This document shows positions 1 to 13,656 of a stretch of DNA of 64,000 nucleotides, one piece after another (within the stretch, counting starts at the first letter, position 1; the number at the start of each line of letters is the position of its first letter). Origin of the DNA: Mobula hypostoma (lineage: Eukaryota); contig NC_086097.1 of assembly GCF_963921235.1 (NCBI RefSeq), positions 118,980,001 to 119,044,000 on the forward strand, written 5' to 3'. The notes under the pieces were generated by a model that saw only the letters and a list, made by a program, of their open reading frames with translations, was not told the origin of the DNA and made no database searches. The position numbers and the translations under genes are program-made.

Positions 1-680
1 TCTACTGTACTCTTTAATGCCCTACCATTTACTATGTATGTCCTATTTTGATTAGTCCTAACAAAATGTAGCACCTCACATTTTTCAGCATTAAACTCCA
101 TCTGCCATCTTTCAGCCCACTCTTCTAACTGTCCTAAATCTCTCTGCAAGCTTTGAAAACCCACCTCATCATCCACAACACTACATATCGTAGTATCATC
201 TGCATACTTACTAATCCAATTTACCACCCCATCATCCAGATCATTAATATATATGACAAACAACATTGGACCCAGTACAGATCCCTGAGGCACACCGCTA
301 CACACTGTCCTCCAATATGACACACAGTTACTCACCACTACTCTTTGATGTCTCCCATCTAGCTGCTGCTGAATCCATTTTACTACTTCCATATTAATGT
401 CTAACGATTGAACCTTCCTAACTAACCTTCCATGTGGAACCTTGTCAAAGGCCTTACTGAAGTCCATATAGACAACATCCACCGCTTTACCCTTGTCAAC
501 TTTCTTAGTAACCTCATCAAAAAATTCGAGAAGATTTGTCAAACATGACCTTCCATGCACAAATCCACGTTGACTGTTCCTAATCAGACCCTGTCTATCC
601 AGATAATTATATATAACATCTCTAAGAATACTTTCCATCAATTTACCCACCACTGACGTCTAACTCACAGGCCGATAATC
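1..680 (-). mobile_element. CR1 LINE reverse-transcriptase fragment
   Basis: Reverse complement of ~435-555 reads GRSCLTNLLEFFDEVTKKVDKGKAVDVVYMDFSKAFDKVPH, the typical CR1 RT motifs; VPQGSVLGP at ~265-295. Confidence 0.9.
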
Positions 681-705
681 AGAAATAATCACATAATCAC
701 ATCTC

Positions 706-1113
706 TCTCAGAAAGGCAGCGTCCATTATTAAAGACCTCCAGCAGCCAGGGCATGCCTTTTTCTCAGTGTTACCATCAGGTAGGAGATACAGAAGTTTGA
801 AGGCACACACTCAGAGATTCAGGAACAGCTTCTTCCCCTCTAACATCTGATTCCTGAAAGGACTTTGAAGCTTTAGACACTACCTCACTTTTTTTTAATA
901 TACAGTATTTCTGTTTTTGCACATTTTTAAATAATCTATACAATATATGTAATTGATTTACTTGTTTATTTATTATTATGTTTTATTTTATTTAATATCA
1001 TTAATTTTTTTCTCTCTCTGCTAGATTATGTACTGCATTGAACTGCTGCTGGGAAGTTAACAAATTTCATGTCACATGCCAGTGATAATAAACCTGATTC
1101 TGATTCTGATTCT
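706..1113 (+). mobile_element. Rex1/Babar-type LINE 3' end
   Basis: RT C-terminus (LPSGRRYRSLKAHTQRFRNSFFP), 3' UTR ending AATAAACCTGATTCTGATTCTGATTCT. Confidence 0.8.
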
Positions 1114-1239
1114 AAGTTCATCTGGGAGTGAAGCGTCACAGCCATTCATGACGTCAGGAACTAATAGCCTGCAAACCCTATCAAAACTGATGCACATCTA
1201 ATTCCATCTCTCTCCTCAATTGGAATTACACCGTAGTTT

Positions 1240-1720
1240 TTTCCCTTAAAATAGCCTTCTGTAGGTCATACCTTGTATAGTTCTGGCTGTATTACCAGTC
1301 TTGAATGCAAATAATTTAGCCCTTAGCAGACTATAAATGTTCTGGTTCATCCATGGTATTTGGTTTGGCTGTGTCCAGTACGTTCCTGTTTTCATCCACA
1401 CAGATTTTGAAGTCAGTGACAACTGTAGCATATTCATTCAGACTTGAATTTGAATCTCTGAATATTATCCAGTCCACTGACTCAAAGTAGTCCTGTAAGC
1501 ACTTCTCTACCTCCCTTGACCATATCTTCTTGGCCCTCACCACTGATGCTGCAGTCTTTAGTCTCTGCCTGCATGCTGGGAGTAGAAGTATAGCCAAGTG
1601 ATTGTGCTTTCTAACATGTAGGCATGGGATGGCAGAGTAAGCATCCTTGATGGTGGAATAACTGTGGCCAAGTGCGTTGACTCCTTTGCAACCCTTTGCA
1701 CACATTGAGTCTTAAAGTTG
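1240..1720 (-). mobile_element. Rex1/Babar-type LINE fragment (endonuclease-RT linker)
   Basis: ORF 1331..1705: HSYSTIKDAY...HLAILLLPA...WSRE...DYFESVDW. Confidence 0.75.
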
Positions 1721-1734
1721 TTAAGACTCTAAAG

Positions 1735-3820
1735 AGCTACCACCAACATATCACCTGTGGAACCAGGGAAGCCAACGCACTTGACCACTATTATGGTCTA
1801 GGGAGGAGGAGGACTGCGACAGGACTGCTTTGAGTTGGTGGACTAGAATCATTTTTGAGTCTGATTGAGTATGACCCAGTTGTCACTGCCTTCATCAAAA
1901 CCAGTGTGCATGAGTGTAAGCCTTTGAGAACATACCAGATATAGTCAAACTAAAAGCCATGGATGAACCAAGAGATTTGTATTCTGCTGAGAGCTGGAAC
2001 TGTGGCATTCAAGACTGCTGATCCAGAACTATACAGGAAGTCCAAGAATGACCCATGGAAGGCTATTTTAAGAGTGAAACAACAATTCTGATTGAAGTTA
2101 GAGACAGAATAGGATGCATGTCATCCCTGACTGGGTTTGCAGGCCATTGCTTCAGACAAGGTGGAACCTAACATCGTGAAAGGCTGTGCTACTTCAGCCC
2201 CAGATGAGCTCACTGCCTTTTTTGCATGCCTTGAAAAGGAGAATGAAACTACATCTGTGCAAATCCCTGCAGCATCTGATGACCCTGTGAACTCTTTGAA
2301 CTCTGCCTCGGAGATCAATGTAAGAACATCTTTCTACAGGGTGAACCCTCACAAGGCATCAGGCCCTGATGGTGTACCTTGTAACGCAGTGAAAACCAGT
2401 GCCAACAACAGGTGGGAGTGTTCGAGGACACCTTTAATTTCTCACTGCTCCAGTTGGCAATTGCCACTTGCTTCAACAGGGCAACAATCATATCAGTTCC
2501 CAAGAAGAGCAGGGTAAGCTCCCTCATGACTATCGCTTAGTGACACTCATATCTACTGTGAATGATTGGTCATGGTCAGAATCAACTCCTGCCTAAGCAA
2601 GGACCTTGACCAGCTGCAATTTGTCTATCGCTACGAAAGGTTTACAGCGGATGCAATCTCACTGGCTCTCCTCTTGGCTTTGAATCACTTGCGCGATACC
2701 GATACTTTGGTCAGGTTGCTGTTTATTGACTATAGCTCAGTGCTCAATGCAATCATATCCTCAGTTTTAACCAAGAAGCTCCAAGTCCTGGGCCTCTGTA
2801 CCTCCTTCTGTAACTGGATCCTTTGCTTCCTCATTGGGACTCATCCGTCTGTGCAGGTCGGAAATAACACTCCTCCTTGCTAAAAATCAACACTAGCACA
2901 CCTCAAGAGTGTGTGCTTAGCCCACTGCTCTACTCTCTCTACACCCATGATTGTGTGGCTAGGCCCAGCTCAAATACCATCTATTATTTTATGGCAGCAC
3001 AACTATTGTTGGCAGAATTTCAGATGGTGACAAGGAGGCATACAGGAGTGAGATAGATCAGCTAGTTGAGTGGCATTGCAGCAACAATCTTGCACTCAAC
3101 GTCAGTAAGACCAAGGAATTGACTGTGGACTTCAAGAAGTAAAAGTCGATGGAGCTCACACCAACTCTCATCAAGGGATCAGTAGTGGAAAAGGTGAGCA
3201 GTTTCAAGTTTCTAGGTGTCAACATCTCTGAGGATCTATCCTGGGCCCAACATATTGATGCAAAAATATTCCATTAGGAGCTTGAGAAGAATTGGTATGT
3301 TATCAAATACATTCATAAATTTCACCAAATGTAACGTGGAGTTCTAACTGTTTGCCTCAACCGCCTGGAATGTACGGGCCACTGCACAGGATTGGAAGAG
3401 GCTTCAAAAAGTTGTAAATTCAGGGATACTAGCCTCCCCAGCATTGATGACAGCTTGAAAAGGTGATGCCTCAGAAAGGTGGCATCTAAGATTGGGGATC
3501 CACATCACCCAGGGTATTCCCTCTTCTCATTGCTACTGTTGAGTAGGAGGAGCAGGAGCCCGAGGACACACACTCAACACTTCAGCGACAGCTTCCTCCC
3601 TTCAGCTATCAGATTTCTGAATGGAGAATGAACCTATGAAAACTATCTCCGTATTTTTACCTCGCCCTTTTTCGCACTACTTATTTATCATAGTTTTTAT
3701 ATATACTTCTTACTGTAAATTTATATTAGTTGTCATCTATTGCAATGTACTGCTACCACAAAACAACAAATTTCATGACCTATGCTGGTGATATTAAACC
3801 TGATTCTGATTCTGATTCCA
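1735..3820 (+). mobile_element. Rex1/Babar-type LINE, degenerate and 5'-truncated
   Basis: ORFs 2137..2517 (KASGPDGVP) and 2566..2883 (VRLLFIDYSS), PQECVLSPLLYSLYTHDC at ~2900, (GATTCT)n tail at 3800-3820. Confidence 0.85.
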
Positions 3821-3925
3821 GTTGTTCCTGAACCTGGGAGTGTGTGTTTCGGCTCATGTACCTCCTGCCTGTTTGTAGCAGCGAGAAGAAGGAATGCCCA
3901 GATGGTGGGGATCCTTATCAAGAAA
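3821..3925 (-). mobile_element. Short Rex1/Babar 3' fragment, tail-to-tail with the preceding copy
   Basis: Antisense similarity to the RT C-terminal region seen at 740-840 and 3500-3600. Confidence 0.55.
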
Positions 3926-3941
3926 GCCTTCATTTGATAAT

Positions 3942-4262
3942 GCACAGTTGTGTAGCAGTTAGTGCTTTGCTTTACTGCACCAGCTGTAAGCTTGGGGTTT
4001 GATTGACACTGCTGTCTGTAAGGAGTTTTTACATTCTCCACATGAGCAATTGGGTCCCTCCTGGTGCTTCGGTTTCCTCCCACATTCCAAAACCCATGGA
4101 GAGTTTAATGAGCTGTGGGCATGCTATGTTGGTGCCTGAAGTTTGGCAATGCCATGGGCTGCCCAGCACGATACTTGCAGATTTAATTTGATGTAAATGA
4201 AGCAGTTCTCTCAATGTTTCAATCTTTCATTCTATATGTGACAAATAAATCTAATCTAATAA
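3942..4262 (+). mobile_element. V-SINE (HE1-like head and core) with (TCTAA)n tail
   Basis: V-domain GGTGCTTCGGTTTCCTCCCACATTCCAAA at ~4063-4092; ends GTGACAAATAAATCTAATCTAAT. Confidence 0.7.
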
Positions 4263-4667
4263 AAATCACCTTAACATGTGCGTTTCATGTGGTCAATGAC
4301 TTAAATAAGCATAAATACTAGTGCCCTCTATTCTGGTAACACCGCAGGCTCATACTTCCAGTTCGACATTCCCAGCAGCCCAATTTCAGTTGTTACCGAC
4401 TCTGTTAACTAGATTTAATATGTTTTTAATCTGTAACCACATGGGCTTCCCTATCTCCTCCAGTTTACTCCCATATCACAAAAATGTGGTAATTAAAAAT
4501 TGAATTGTTACTTTAGTTACTCCACAATTACAGGGGGAGGGTGGCTGGGGGTATGGGAGCATGCAGAGTTTGATGGATATATTGGACAGCAGAGGCTGCA
4601 GGGAAATTTGTGGCATTGACTGGGTTGACCAAATGGCCTCAGTTTGTGTCACATTGGAACCTTAGAT

Positions 4668-7315
4668 CAGCAGTTCCCAAACTTTTTATGGGTTAATCCC
4701 TCCTTGGCTACATCACCAGCATCTCCCTCTGCCTTTCTGGCCTTGACCTAAAATCTATACACTTATGATGAACTCCAAAAGAAAATCATAATGGAAAATT
4801 TAAAGCCATGACAAATAATTCCAAAAATTGCTCAAATCTATTTAAATACAGAAATACAGTTATTTATTTAATTACAGTAAAAACAATTTTATGAACAATT
4901 TTGGAGTGTATATTAGTCGTCCAACTATTCAATACATCATTATTTTTTCACGTTTCAGTGGGATGGATGGGCTTGGTCAGTGATTTCAGCTTCTCAACAT
5001 CAGGCTGACTATCACTTGGAAGGAGTCTCAGATCCCCACATTTAGTAATTTGCAGCATAGTTTGTTGCTTTGAAAGAAGTTGGGCGACTGCACTGAAGCT
5101 GTGCACCACTAAATATGTTTTTAGAAAGGCAGCAAAAATCATCTTGACCTTTTTCCACAGTGCAGGATTGCATTCAGAGAGTTCTTACTGAAACCAAAGG
5201 TCTTGATATGATATTTTTGAACCTCAGCTTCAGCTCAAAGTCATTTTGTAGTAAGATCGCTTCTTCCTCCTTTCTTCATTTAAATTCTTCATTACAAGCG
5301 TTCAGGAATTGATTTATTACTCAATCTGGAACTTGGATTGAGGTCAAATCCTGAAATCTCTCTGACTTATCTTTATGCAGCTCACCCCAGGTGGGCACTG
5401 TATACTTGAAGATTATCACCTGGTGTACTTTCTTTCTCTTCCAACTCAGAGAGGCTCAGAAATTGGAAAAGATCGTGACAGCCAATGTTACACTTCAATA
5501 GGGTTAACTTGGTTAGAAATGTGGAGACGACTGATTTGACTTTGATATGATTCACTTCATTTCTTTGTAATTGAAGACTGATTTCATTAAACTTTGTAAA
5601 TAATTCTGACAAATAAGCAATGTTGTGAAATATATTTTTGAGTTAATCCTTGAATGAATATTCAAGATGTCAAGGATTTTCATCACAGTTTCAAGAATTG
5701 CAGAAAAGCATCTCAAGCAGTTTCCATTTGAGAGCCACCTGACTTCTTATGTGCAGCAGCAAGTGTTCAAACTCTTCATCATTCTCAACACAAAGCTCTT
5801 GAAATAGTTGAGAATTGAGAGCATGGGACTTCCTTATATTTACCACAGTGATACCAGTATTTAGTGATTTATGTAGCCGATCACTGAGGTATTTTTGCAA
5901 TAAGATGTTGTCTCTGAATTACACAGTGAATGGTAATTATGTTAGGTACAGCTTTTTTAAGAAAGTAGTAAGTGGCTCCCTATCATTGATGGTACCCCAT
6001 CTGTTGCACAAGCAAGAATATTGGTGAGTGGAATGTTCTTTTCTTTGAAATATTGCTCAGAAACACAAAATATTGGCTTTCCCTTCATATTTGCTTCTAG
6101 TCTTCTTGCAAATAACAATTTTTGAACGTTTTCATTTTTTTCTGAAGCAAATACAAACAAAAAGCAAAGATTCATCCAACTGCAGAGCAAATCCTGTTAT
6201 CCGAGGTATGTTGCACAATATGCCTTCCACATTCTCAAACATTTCATCTATTCATCTTTCAACAGAGTCACTTTAATTATTTAGTCTGGGGATTTATGCA
6301 AAACTGTACCCAGGACCTCCCTCATTGCTGGCAGAATCCGTTCTTCTCCAATTGTATGAGGCTTTTCAGATTTAGCAATGAGGAGCGAAATGTTGAATGA
6401 AGCACACAAACCATCTCTGTTCTATTGTGAAGTGCTGTCAAATATGTTTTGAAGTGTTTTCCATTTCTGAGAGATTTAATGAAGTGACTGAAAATAAGCC
6501 AAGCTCTTGTTTGCTTTATGAGAGTGCATACTCTTCAAATTTTCAAGGAGCCTTGGCTGCTGTTATAAATTTATATTTCAGAGACTCTGCACTATACTGT
6601 CTACACTTCTTCATTTGTTCTTCTTCTGTCATTTTTTGCATAGATTAATGAACCCTATCTATTAACTATTGTTTAAGTCCAACTTCAAGCGCTGTAATCA
6701 ATAAAAGAGAAAGTTTTGGCATCATCATCGCTTAGGCAAAACCTGACTCCCTGCCTGAAGGCACATGAAATGGGGCAGCGATATCTCTGTTGGACTGCAG
6801 GCTAGAGAAATATAGTCTAGACCATTGAAAAGGGTAGATTTTGAACTTTATCCAATTGAATGCCATACCCCAATTTACAGGAATCGCATCACTGTATGAT
6901 TAGAATATGGGAATCATACTAACACTGCCCTACAGTAGTGAATGGCAATAAAGCATCGGCCGGCCTGCAAATAACAAAATTCCTTCAGTCTGAATTTCTC
7001 ATGATATACCAAATACAGAAGTGTCACGTTTCCTTTCAACAGCTATAAAAGCGCTTTGAGCAAAATCTAAGAGAATAGTGGGTTAGCAAGAGATGAAGTG
7101 ATTACATGATCACTGTAATAAATTATGAGGCATTGAGGATCAAATTATAAAAGATACTGTAATTGATTTCTTATATTAAGCTGTAATCCCTCAGCTCCCC
7201 CCTTTGCTACTGAGCATTCTCCCACAACCCACTCACTGCCTCTTTATCTTTATCGCTCCCCCTAAGAAATGCCCAACACTCCCAGGGGTGATATTGCCCA
7301 CTTTGGGAACCACTG
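4668..7315 (-). mobile_element. hAT DNA transposon (Buster/Charlie-like), decayed
   Basis: Terminal inverted repeats CAGCAGTTCCCAAAC (4668) and reverse complement CAGTGGTTCCCAAAG (ends 7315), 12/15 match; degenerate 8-bp TSD CCTTAGAT/CCCATGAT. Confidence 0.85.
4948..6620 (-). pseudogene. hAT (Buster/ZBED5-like) transposase, frameshifted
   Basis: Minus-strand motifs KPHTIGEERILPA, FALQLDES, CATDG, IHCVIQRQHL, EVRWL, YLVVHSFSAV, DLRL spread over several broken ORFs. Confidence 0.85.
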
Positions 7316-7427
7316 CCCATGATAATATGATATAAGAAATCATGGTGTTGCAATAGCACAACAATAGCCCACCCAGCCATGATTTCTCAAACTAAGCGAC
7401 AGGGTTTCTGGTTAATGATGAAGCTGG

Positions 7428-7610
7428 GCTTCACGGTAGCATAGTGGTTCATGCGACACTATTACAGCTTGGGGCCTCAGAGTTTAGAGTTCAATTACAG
7501 CGTCCTCAGTAGGAAAGCTTGTACATTCTTCCTCTGAGCATGTGGATTTCCTCCAGGTGCCCCTGTTTCCTCCCACATTCCAAAGACGTACAGATTAGTA
7601 GGTTAATTGT
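7428..7610 (+). mobile_element. V-SINE (HE1-like), 3'-truncated
   Basis: tRNA-like head TAGCATAGTGG...GTTCAATT plus V-domain TTTCCTCCAGGTGCCCCTGTTTCCTCCCACATTCCAAAGAC. Confidence 0.75.
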
Positions 7611-8270
7611 GGCACACGTGGCCATCCTCCTAAACAAAAAGTACTCCATTTTGAGTACTGTTGATGGGGAGTGGACCTACCTGGAAGCAACAGTAGCCGT
7701 GCTTCCGGCACTGTCTAGCACTGTGACTCAGAAGGGTAGGGAATGGAAGAGGATGGAAGCAGTAATAGGGGACTCTAGAGTTAGGGGACTGATAGGCAAT
7801 TCTGTTGGTGTGAAAAAGAAACACGGGTGGTAGTTTGCCTCCCAGGTGCCAAGGCTTGTGATGTTTCTGAACATGTCCAAAATATCCTGAAATGGGAGGG
7901 TGAGCAGCCAGAGGTCATCAGAGATGTTACCAATGACAAAGATAGAAAAAGGGTGGAGGTCCTGAAACCAGAATGCAGGGAGTTAGGAAGGAAGACCTCA
8001 TGGATAGTAGTCTCGGGATTGCAGCCTGTGCCACGCAACAGTGAGAATAGGAACAGGATGAGGTCATGGATAAACGTGTGGCTGAAGGGTTGGAGCAGGG
8101 GACAGAGATTCAGATACTGGATCATTGGGGGACGTCACATGATGATGTGGGATTGAGATGTGTAAATCCAGCTGTCCCGTAAAAAATCAGCAAAGTACCA
8201 TTTAAACAAAGAAAAGTTAATAACTAGTTTCTGAAAACTACTTATAAACTAGTCAAGACTATTTTACGAT

Positions 8271-9388
8271 ATGCCTCGTAAACAGAAACAGAAGAAGACT
8301 GCCGTTTTGAAGTCACTGTGAGATGGGAAGAAAAAAGGGCCTACTACAGCGATGGAACCTCGGGCTCAGGTTGGATCTCCTTCAGAGGAGACACATCTTA
8401 TCTCTGGCATTGAAGAACGGGGGCAATCGCGGCGGTAGCGGACCCTGGGAAGAAGAAGCGGGAATTGCGCATGCGTAAAGAAGGAGGCATGCGCAAATCA
8501 GTACAAGTCGAACTACAGGAACCGACTGCCACTGAAAGTGAAAGTGACCTGAAGTCAGAATTGGATTCCCTGGAGAATACAGATGAAGAAGAGGAGGAAG
8601 AAGAACAAGAAGAGATTAAAAGTAAAGGATATTGTGGAGACATAAGAGAGAGTTTAGAGCAAATAATGCTTGAATTAAAAGGAATAAAAATAGAGGATCA
8701 AAACATGAAGATTAGGTATGATAAAGCTATGAAAAGACAGGAGAAAACGGATAAGAAGCTTCAAAAGTTGGAAAGAACAATGGAAGGTATCAATGATAAA
8801 GTGGATAAAAAGTGCCTGGAAAACGGAAAGAGATCGGCTGTTGGAAAAAGTGGATGTGCTGGAAATTTTTAATAGGCGAAATAATATTGAGACTGTTGGT
8901 CTTAAAGAAGGTACAGAGGGAGATAACCCAATAGAACTTTTTCAAAGATGGATCCTGGAAAATTTGCAAATGGAAGAGGGAGATTGGTCAATTGAAATTA
9001 AACAGCACATAGAGCTCTAAGACCAAAACCACAACATGACCAAAATCCGCGATCAATTTTAATAAAATGTTTAAGATTTCAAGACAAAGAAAGGATTTTA
9101 CAGGTGGCTGCCCAAGCTGCCAAGAATAGAAAAGGGCCATTGATGATAGAAGGGAACAAATTTTTTTTCTACCCTGACATAAGTTATGAACTTCTGAAGA
9201 GAAAGAAGAAATTCAATCCAGTGAAAAAAGTCCTATGGGATCATGGTTACCAATTTATACTGCACTATCCTGCAACCTTGAAGATTTTTTTGGCTGGCGG
9301 AGAAGAAAGATTTTTTGATGATTACCAGAAAACGGGGGAGTTTGTGCGAGAATCTTTGAATGTTCACCAGACACAAGAAGAAATCTAG
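8271..9388 (+). pseudogene. L1 ORF1p (coiled-coil, RRM, CTD), disrupted
   Basis: ATG at 8271 (MPRKQKQKK), acidic and coiled-coil region, RRNNIETVGLKEG, FFYPDIS...LHYPATLKI; stops and frameshifts. Confidence 0.85.
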
Positions 9389-9889
9389 GGGAGCGAGATG
9401 GATTAAAGATGAAGGCTGGGACAGGGAATAGACTTGGTGGATTTTTAAAGGTGGAAAAATATATAAATATATTATTAATTATATGATAGAGGGGAAGAAA
9501 TGTAAACGTTTGAGGAATATTAGTTGGGAACAGTGACATTATATTTTTTTAATTTATATATAATTTTTTTTGTTACGGGGGAGCTGGAAGAAATACTGAC
9601 CAATCGCTACGGGATTCATGTGTGCAATCGTGGCGACAACCATGACCCGCAAAATGGATGGGTGTAATGTTGTGTTTTTTTTTCACTTACAACATTAGTA
9701 GGGGGGTATTTTGTTATTTTTCTTTTTATATTATATCTATCTTTTATTTCTTTCTTTTTGCCTGGATGATAGTGGTGGGGAGGGGGGGAACACATAGCAA
9801 CATGGTGAAGTTTAAAGAGATTCCCCAAGGAATTTGAGGTGTTGAGATGTTAAGTAATGTTTCAAATTGGAGTAATTTTGTTAAGAATA

Positions 9890-12800
9890 ATGACTAACTT
9901 ATTGAATTTTTTGAGTTTTAATGCTAATGGACTTAACGGACCGGTGAAAAGAAAAAGAATTTTAACACACATTAAGAAAATGAAGGTAGATATAGCTTTC
10001 TTGCAGGAAACACATTTAACAGAAACAGGACATCAGAAATTAAAGTGGGACTGGGTGGGAAGTGTTGTTGCAGCTTCATTTAATTCAAAAGCGAGGGGAG
10101 TATCAATTTTGATCGATAAAACGTTACCAATTAGAATACAAAATTTAATAACTGATTCTACGGGGAGATATGTGATTATACACTGCCAACTTTTTTCCGA
10201 ATTATGGACCCTCATGAATATTTATGCACCAAATGAAAATGATGCAAAATATATACAAGAAGCTTTTCTGAATTTGGCTGATGCACATGATAAAATATTA
10301 ATAGGTGGAGACTAACTTTTGCCTAGACCCAGTCTTAGATAGATCAACCAAGGCCGATACAAAATCAAAAGTAGTAAAACTAACTTTATCATTGATGAAA
10401 GATTTAAATTTGATTGATATATGGAGAAGAATTAACCCCAAAGAAAGAGACTATTCGTTCTATTCTATCAGACTAAAACTTACTCAAGGATAGATCTTTT
10501 TCTATTATCAATGAATATTCAAGACAGAGTGAAAAATATGGAATATAAAGCGAGAATATCGTCAGATCACTCTCCTTTATTAATGACAATAATAATGACG
10601 GATAAGGAAGAAGCGACTTATAGATGGAGATTTAATTCAATATTATTAAAACGTCAAGATTTTTGTGATTTTATGGAAAAACAGATCCCATTTTTTTTTG
10701 GATACAAAGTCTCATTCAGTTGAAAATAAATTTGTTTTGTGGGATGTGATGAAAGCATATTTGACGGGTCAGATAATAAGTTATATGTCTAAAATTAAGA
10801 AGGAAGATATGGTAGAACTAGATCAATTGGAAAAAGAGATTACAAAATTAGAAAAAGAATCTCAAAGACATATGATAGAAGAAAAACGAAGACAACTTGT
10901 CAATAAGAAGTTACAATATAATACGCTTCAGACATATTGAACGGAAAAAGAAATCATGGGAACTAAGCAAACGTATTATGAGTTAGGTGGGAGATCACAC
11001 AAAATTCTTGCTTGGCAGTTGAAAACAGAACAGGCTTCCAAAATGATAAATGCAATTAGAACAAATGCAAATAAAATTACTTATAAACCTTTAGAAATTA
11101 ATGAAACCTTCAAAAGTTTCTACTCTGAATTATATCAATCGGAATCACAAAACGATGTTAATGAGATAGAAAGATTTTTATCACAAATAACTTCCAAAAT
11201 TGAATTCGGAAGAACAGAAGGGATTAGATATGCCTTTTACATTAAAAGAGGTTGAAGAAGTTTTAGAATCACTTCAAAGTAATAAATCTCCAGGAGAGGA
11301 TGGTTTTCCGCCTGAATTTTATAAAAAGTTTAAAGATTTATTAATTTCTCCTTTTATGGAGTTAATGTGTCAAACGGAAAAAACAGATAAACTTCCAATA
11401 TCTTTCTCGACAGCGATTGTAATAGTATTGCAAAAAAAGATTGAGATCCTTTAAAACCAGCAACATATAGGCCTATTTCTTTGTTGAACACGGATTATAA
11501 AATAATAGCAAAAAATTTATCTAGTATATTATCTAAATATTTACCGAAATTAATACATATGGATCAAACAGGATTTATTAAAAATAGACAATTGGCAGAT
11601 AATGTAACTCGGCTACTTAGTATAATTCATTTGGCACAAAAAAGGGAGGAAATGAGTATGGTAGTAGCTATGGATGCAGAAAAAGCATTTGATAGATTGG
11701 AATGGGATTTTTTATTTAAAGTATTAGAAAAATATGGGTTAGGAATACTTTTTTATAAACTGGATTAAAACTTTAAACACTAATCCTAACGCTAAAGTAG
11801 TGACAAATAGTCAAATTTCAACACCATTCCAGTTAAAAAGGTCAACCAGGCAAGGTTGTCCATTATCATCTGCTTTATTTGTATTGGCGATACAGCCATT
11901 AGCAGAACTAATTAGAATTGATTCCGATATTAAGGGTTTTAGAGTTAATCAGAAGGAATATAAGATTAATTTATTTGCTGATGATGTTTTGATTTATTTA
12001 ACAAACCCACTGCATTTGTTACGTAAACTATTTTCTAGATTGGAAGAATATGGGGAGGTATCAGGGTATAAAATAAATTGGGATAAAAGTGAAATCTTAC
12101 CTCTTACTAAAGGAGACTATAGTCAATGTCGATTAGCAACCCAATTTAGATGGCCGATAAATGGTATAAAGTATTTAGGTATAAGACTTGATAATGATAT
12201 AAAGAATTTACATAAATTTAATTATTTACCACTATTGAAAAAAATTCAAGAAGATCTTGACAAATGGATGATATTACCAATAACATTAGTGGGTAGAGTC
12301 AATGCTGAAAAAATGAATATATTTCCTAGATTACAGTATTTATTTCAAACACTACCAATACAACTGCCACAGAAATTTTTTCAAGGGTTAAATAAATGTG
12401 TGAGGAAATTTCTTTGGAAAGGTAAGATGTCAAGAATATCATTGGAAAAATTGACATGGAAATTTGAGTTAAGAGGGTTACAACTTCCAAACTTTAAGAA
12501 TTATTATAAAGCAAATCAACTTAGATTTATTGCATCTTTCTTTGACAAACGAAAACCGGCATGGATTAGAATAGAATTATATAAGATATATAAACCCAAA
12601 GATTCTGTATATAAATGGGAATCTAAATGGGTACGGGAAAAGAAAGAATCTCCTACATTAAAACATTTGATTGATCTATGGAATAAGACAAACGTTGATG
12701 ATGAAATAAGGACATTTTTATTAGCAAGGAGACCTTTGATCCAAAACAGACTTATTCCTTTTACAATGAATGATCAACTTTTATATAATTGGTACTAAAA

Positions 12801-13656
12801 AGGGATTGGATTTATAGGAGATTGTTATGAAGGAGGTATATTGATGTCATTTGAGCAATTAAAGGATAAATATAGAACCTCAAATAACACTTTCTTTTGT
12901 TACCTTCAATTAAGGGCTTATTTAAGAGACAAACTGGGTCAAACAATGTTTTTGCCGAAACCTAATGAAATTGAAATTTTAATTCAAAAAGGAAAAATTA
13001 AAAAAAAATATTTCTTTTATGTATAATCTGATTCAAAAACAGACACTTAAACAAGGAATTCACAAGTCAAGACAAAAATAGGAAACAAATTTGAGTATTA
13101 ATATTGATGAAACAAATTGGTCAAGACTATGTCTTGACAGTATGACAAATACAATAAACATTCGACTCAGATTAGTACAATATAATTTTTTACTCCAATT
13201 ATATATTACACCAGAAAAAATAAATAGATTAAATTCAAACTTATCTGATCAATGTTTTTGATGTAATCAAGAAATTGGTACTTTTTTACATTCTACTTGG
13301 TCCTGTTCCAAAATTCAACCTTTTTGGATAAATTTAAGTTTTATTGGAACAAATTACTGGAACTCAACTTCCACATAACCCTATATTAATTTTATTAGGT
13401 GACATTGAAGGGATAAAACTGAAACTTAAATTGAATAAATACAAGAAAGAATTTATAAAAAATTGCATTGGCAGTAGCCAAGAAGGCTATAGCAGTTACT
13501 TGGAAATCGGATTCGTATTTAAGTATGGATCGTTGGCACAATGAAATTTTTAGTTGTATTTCACTTGAGAAAATTACTTATAATTTAAGAGATAAATATG
13601 ATACATTTTTTAATATTTGGCACCCTTATTTACAAAAGATAGGTTGGCATATCTAG
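9890..13656 (+). pseudogene. L1 ORF2p (APE endonuclease, RT, C-terminal Cys-rich region), frameshifted
   Basis: SFNANGLN, LQETH, NIYAPN, GGD, SDH, KSPGEDGF, DAEKAFD, TRQGCPLS, LFADD, KYLGI, across many frame-split ORFs. Confidence 0.92.
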
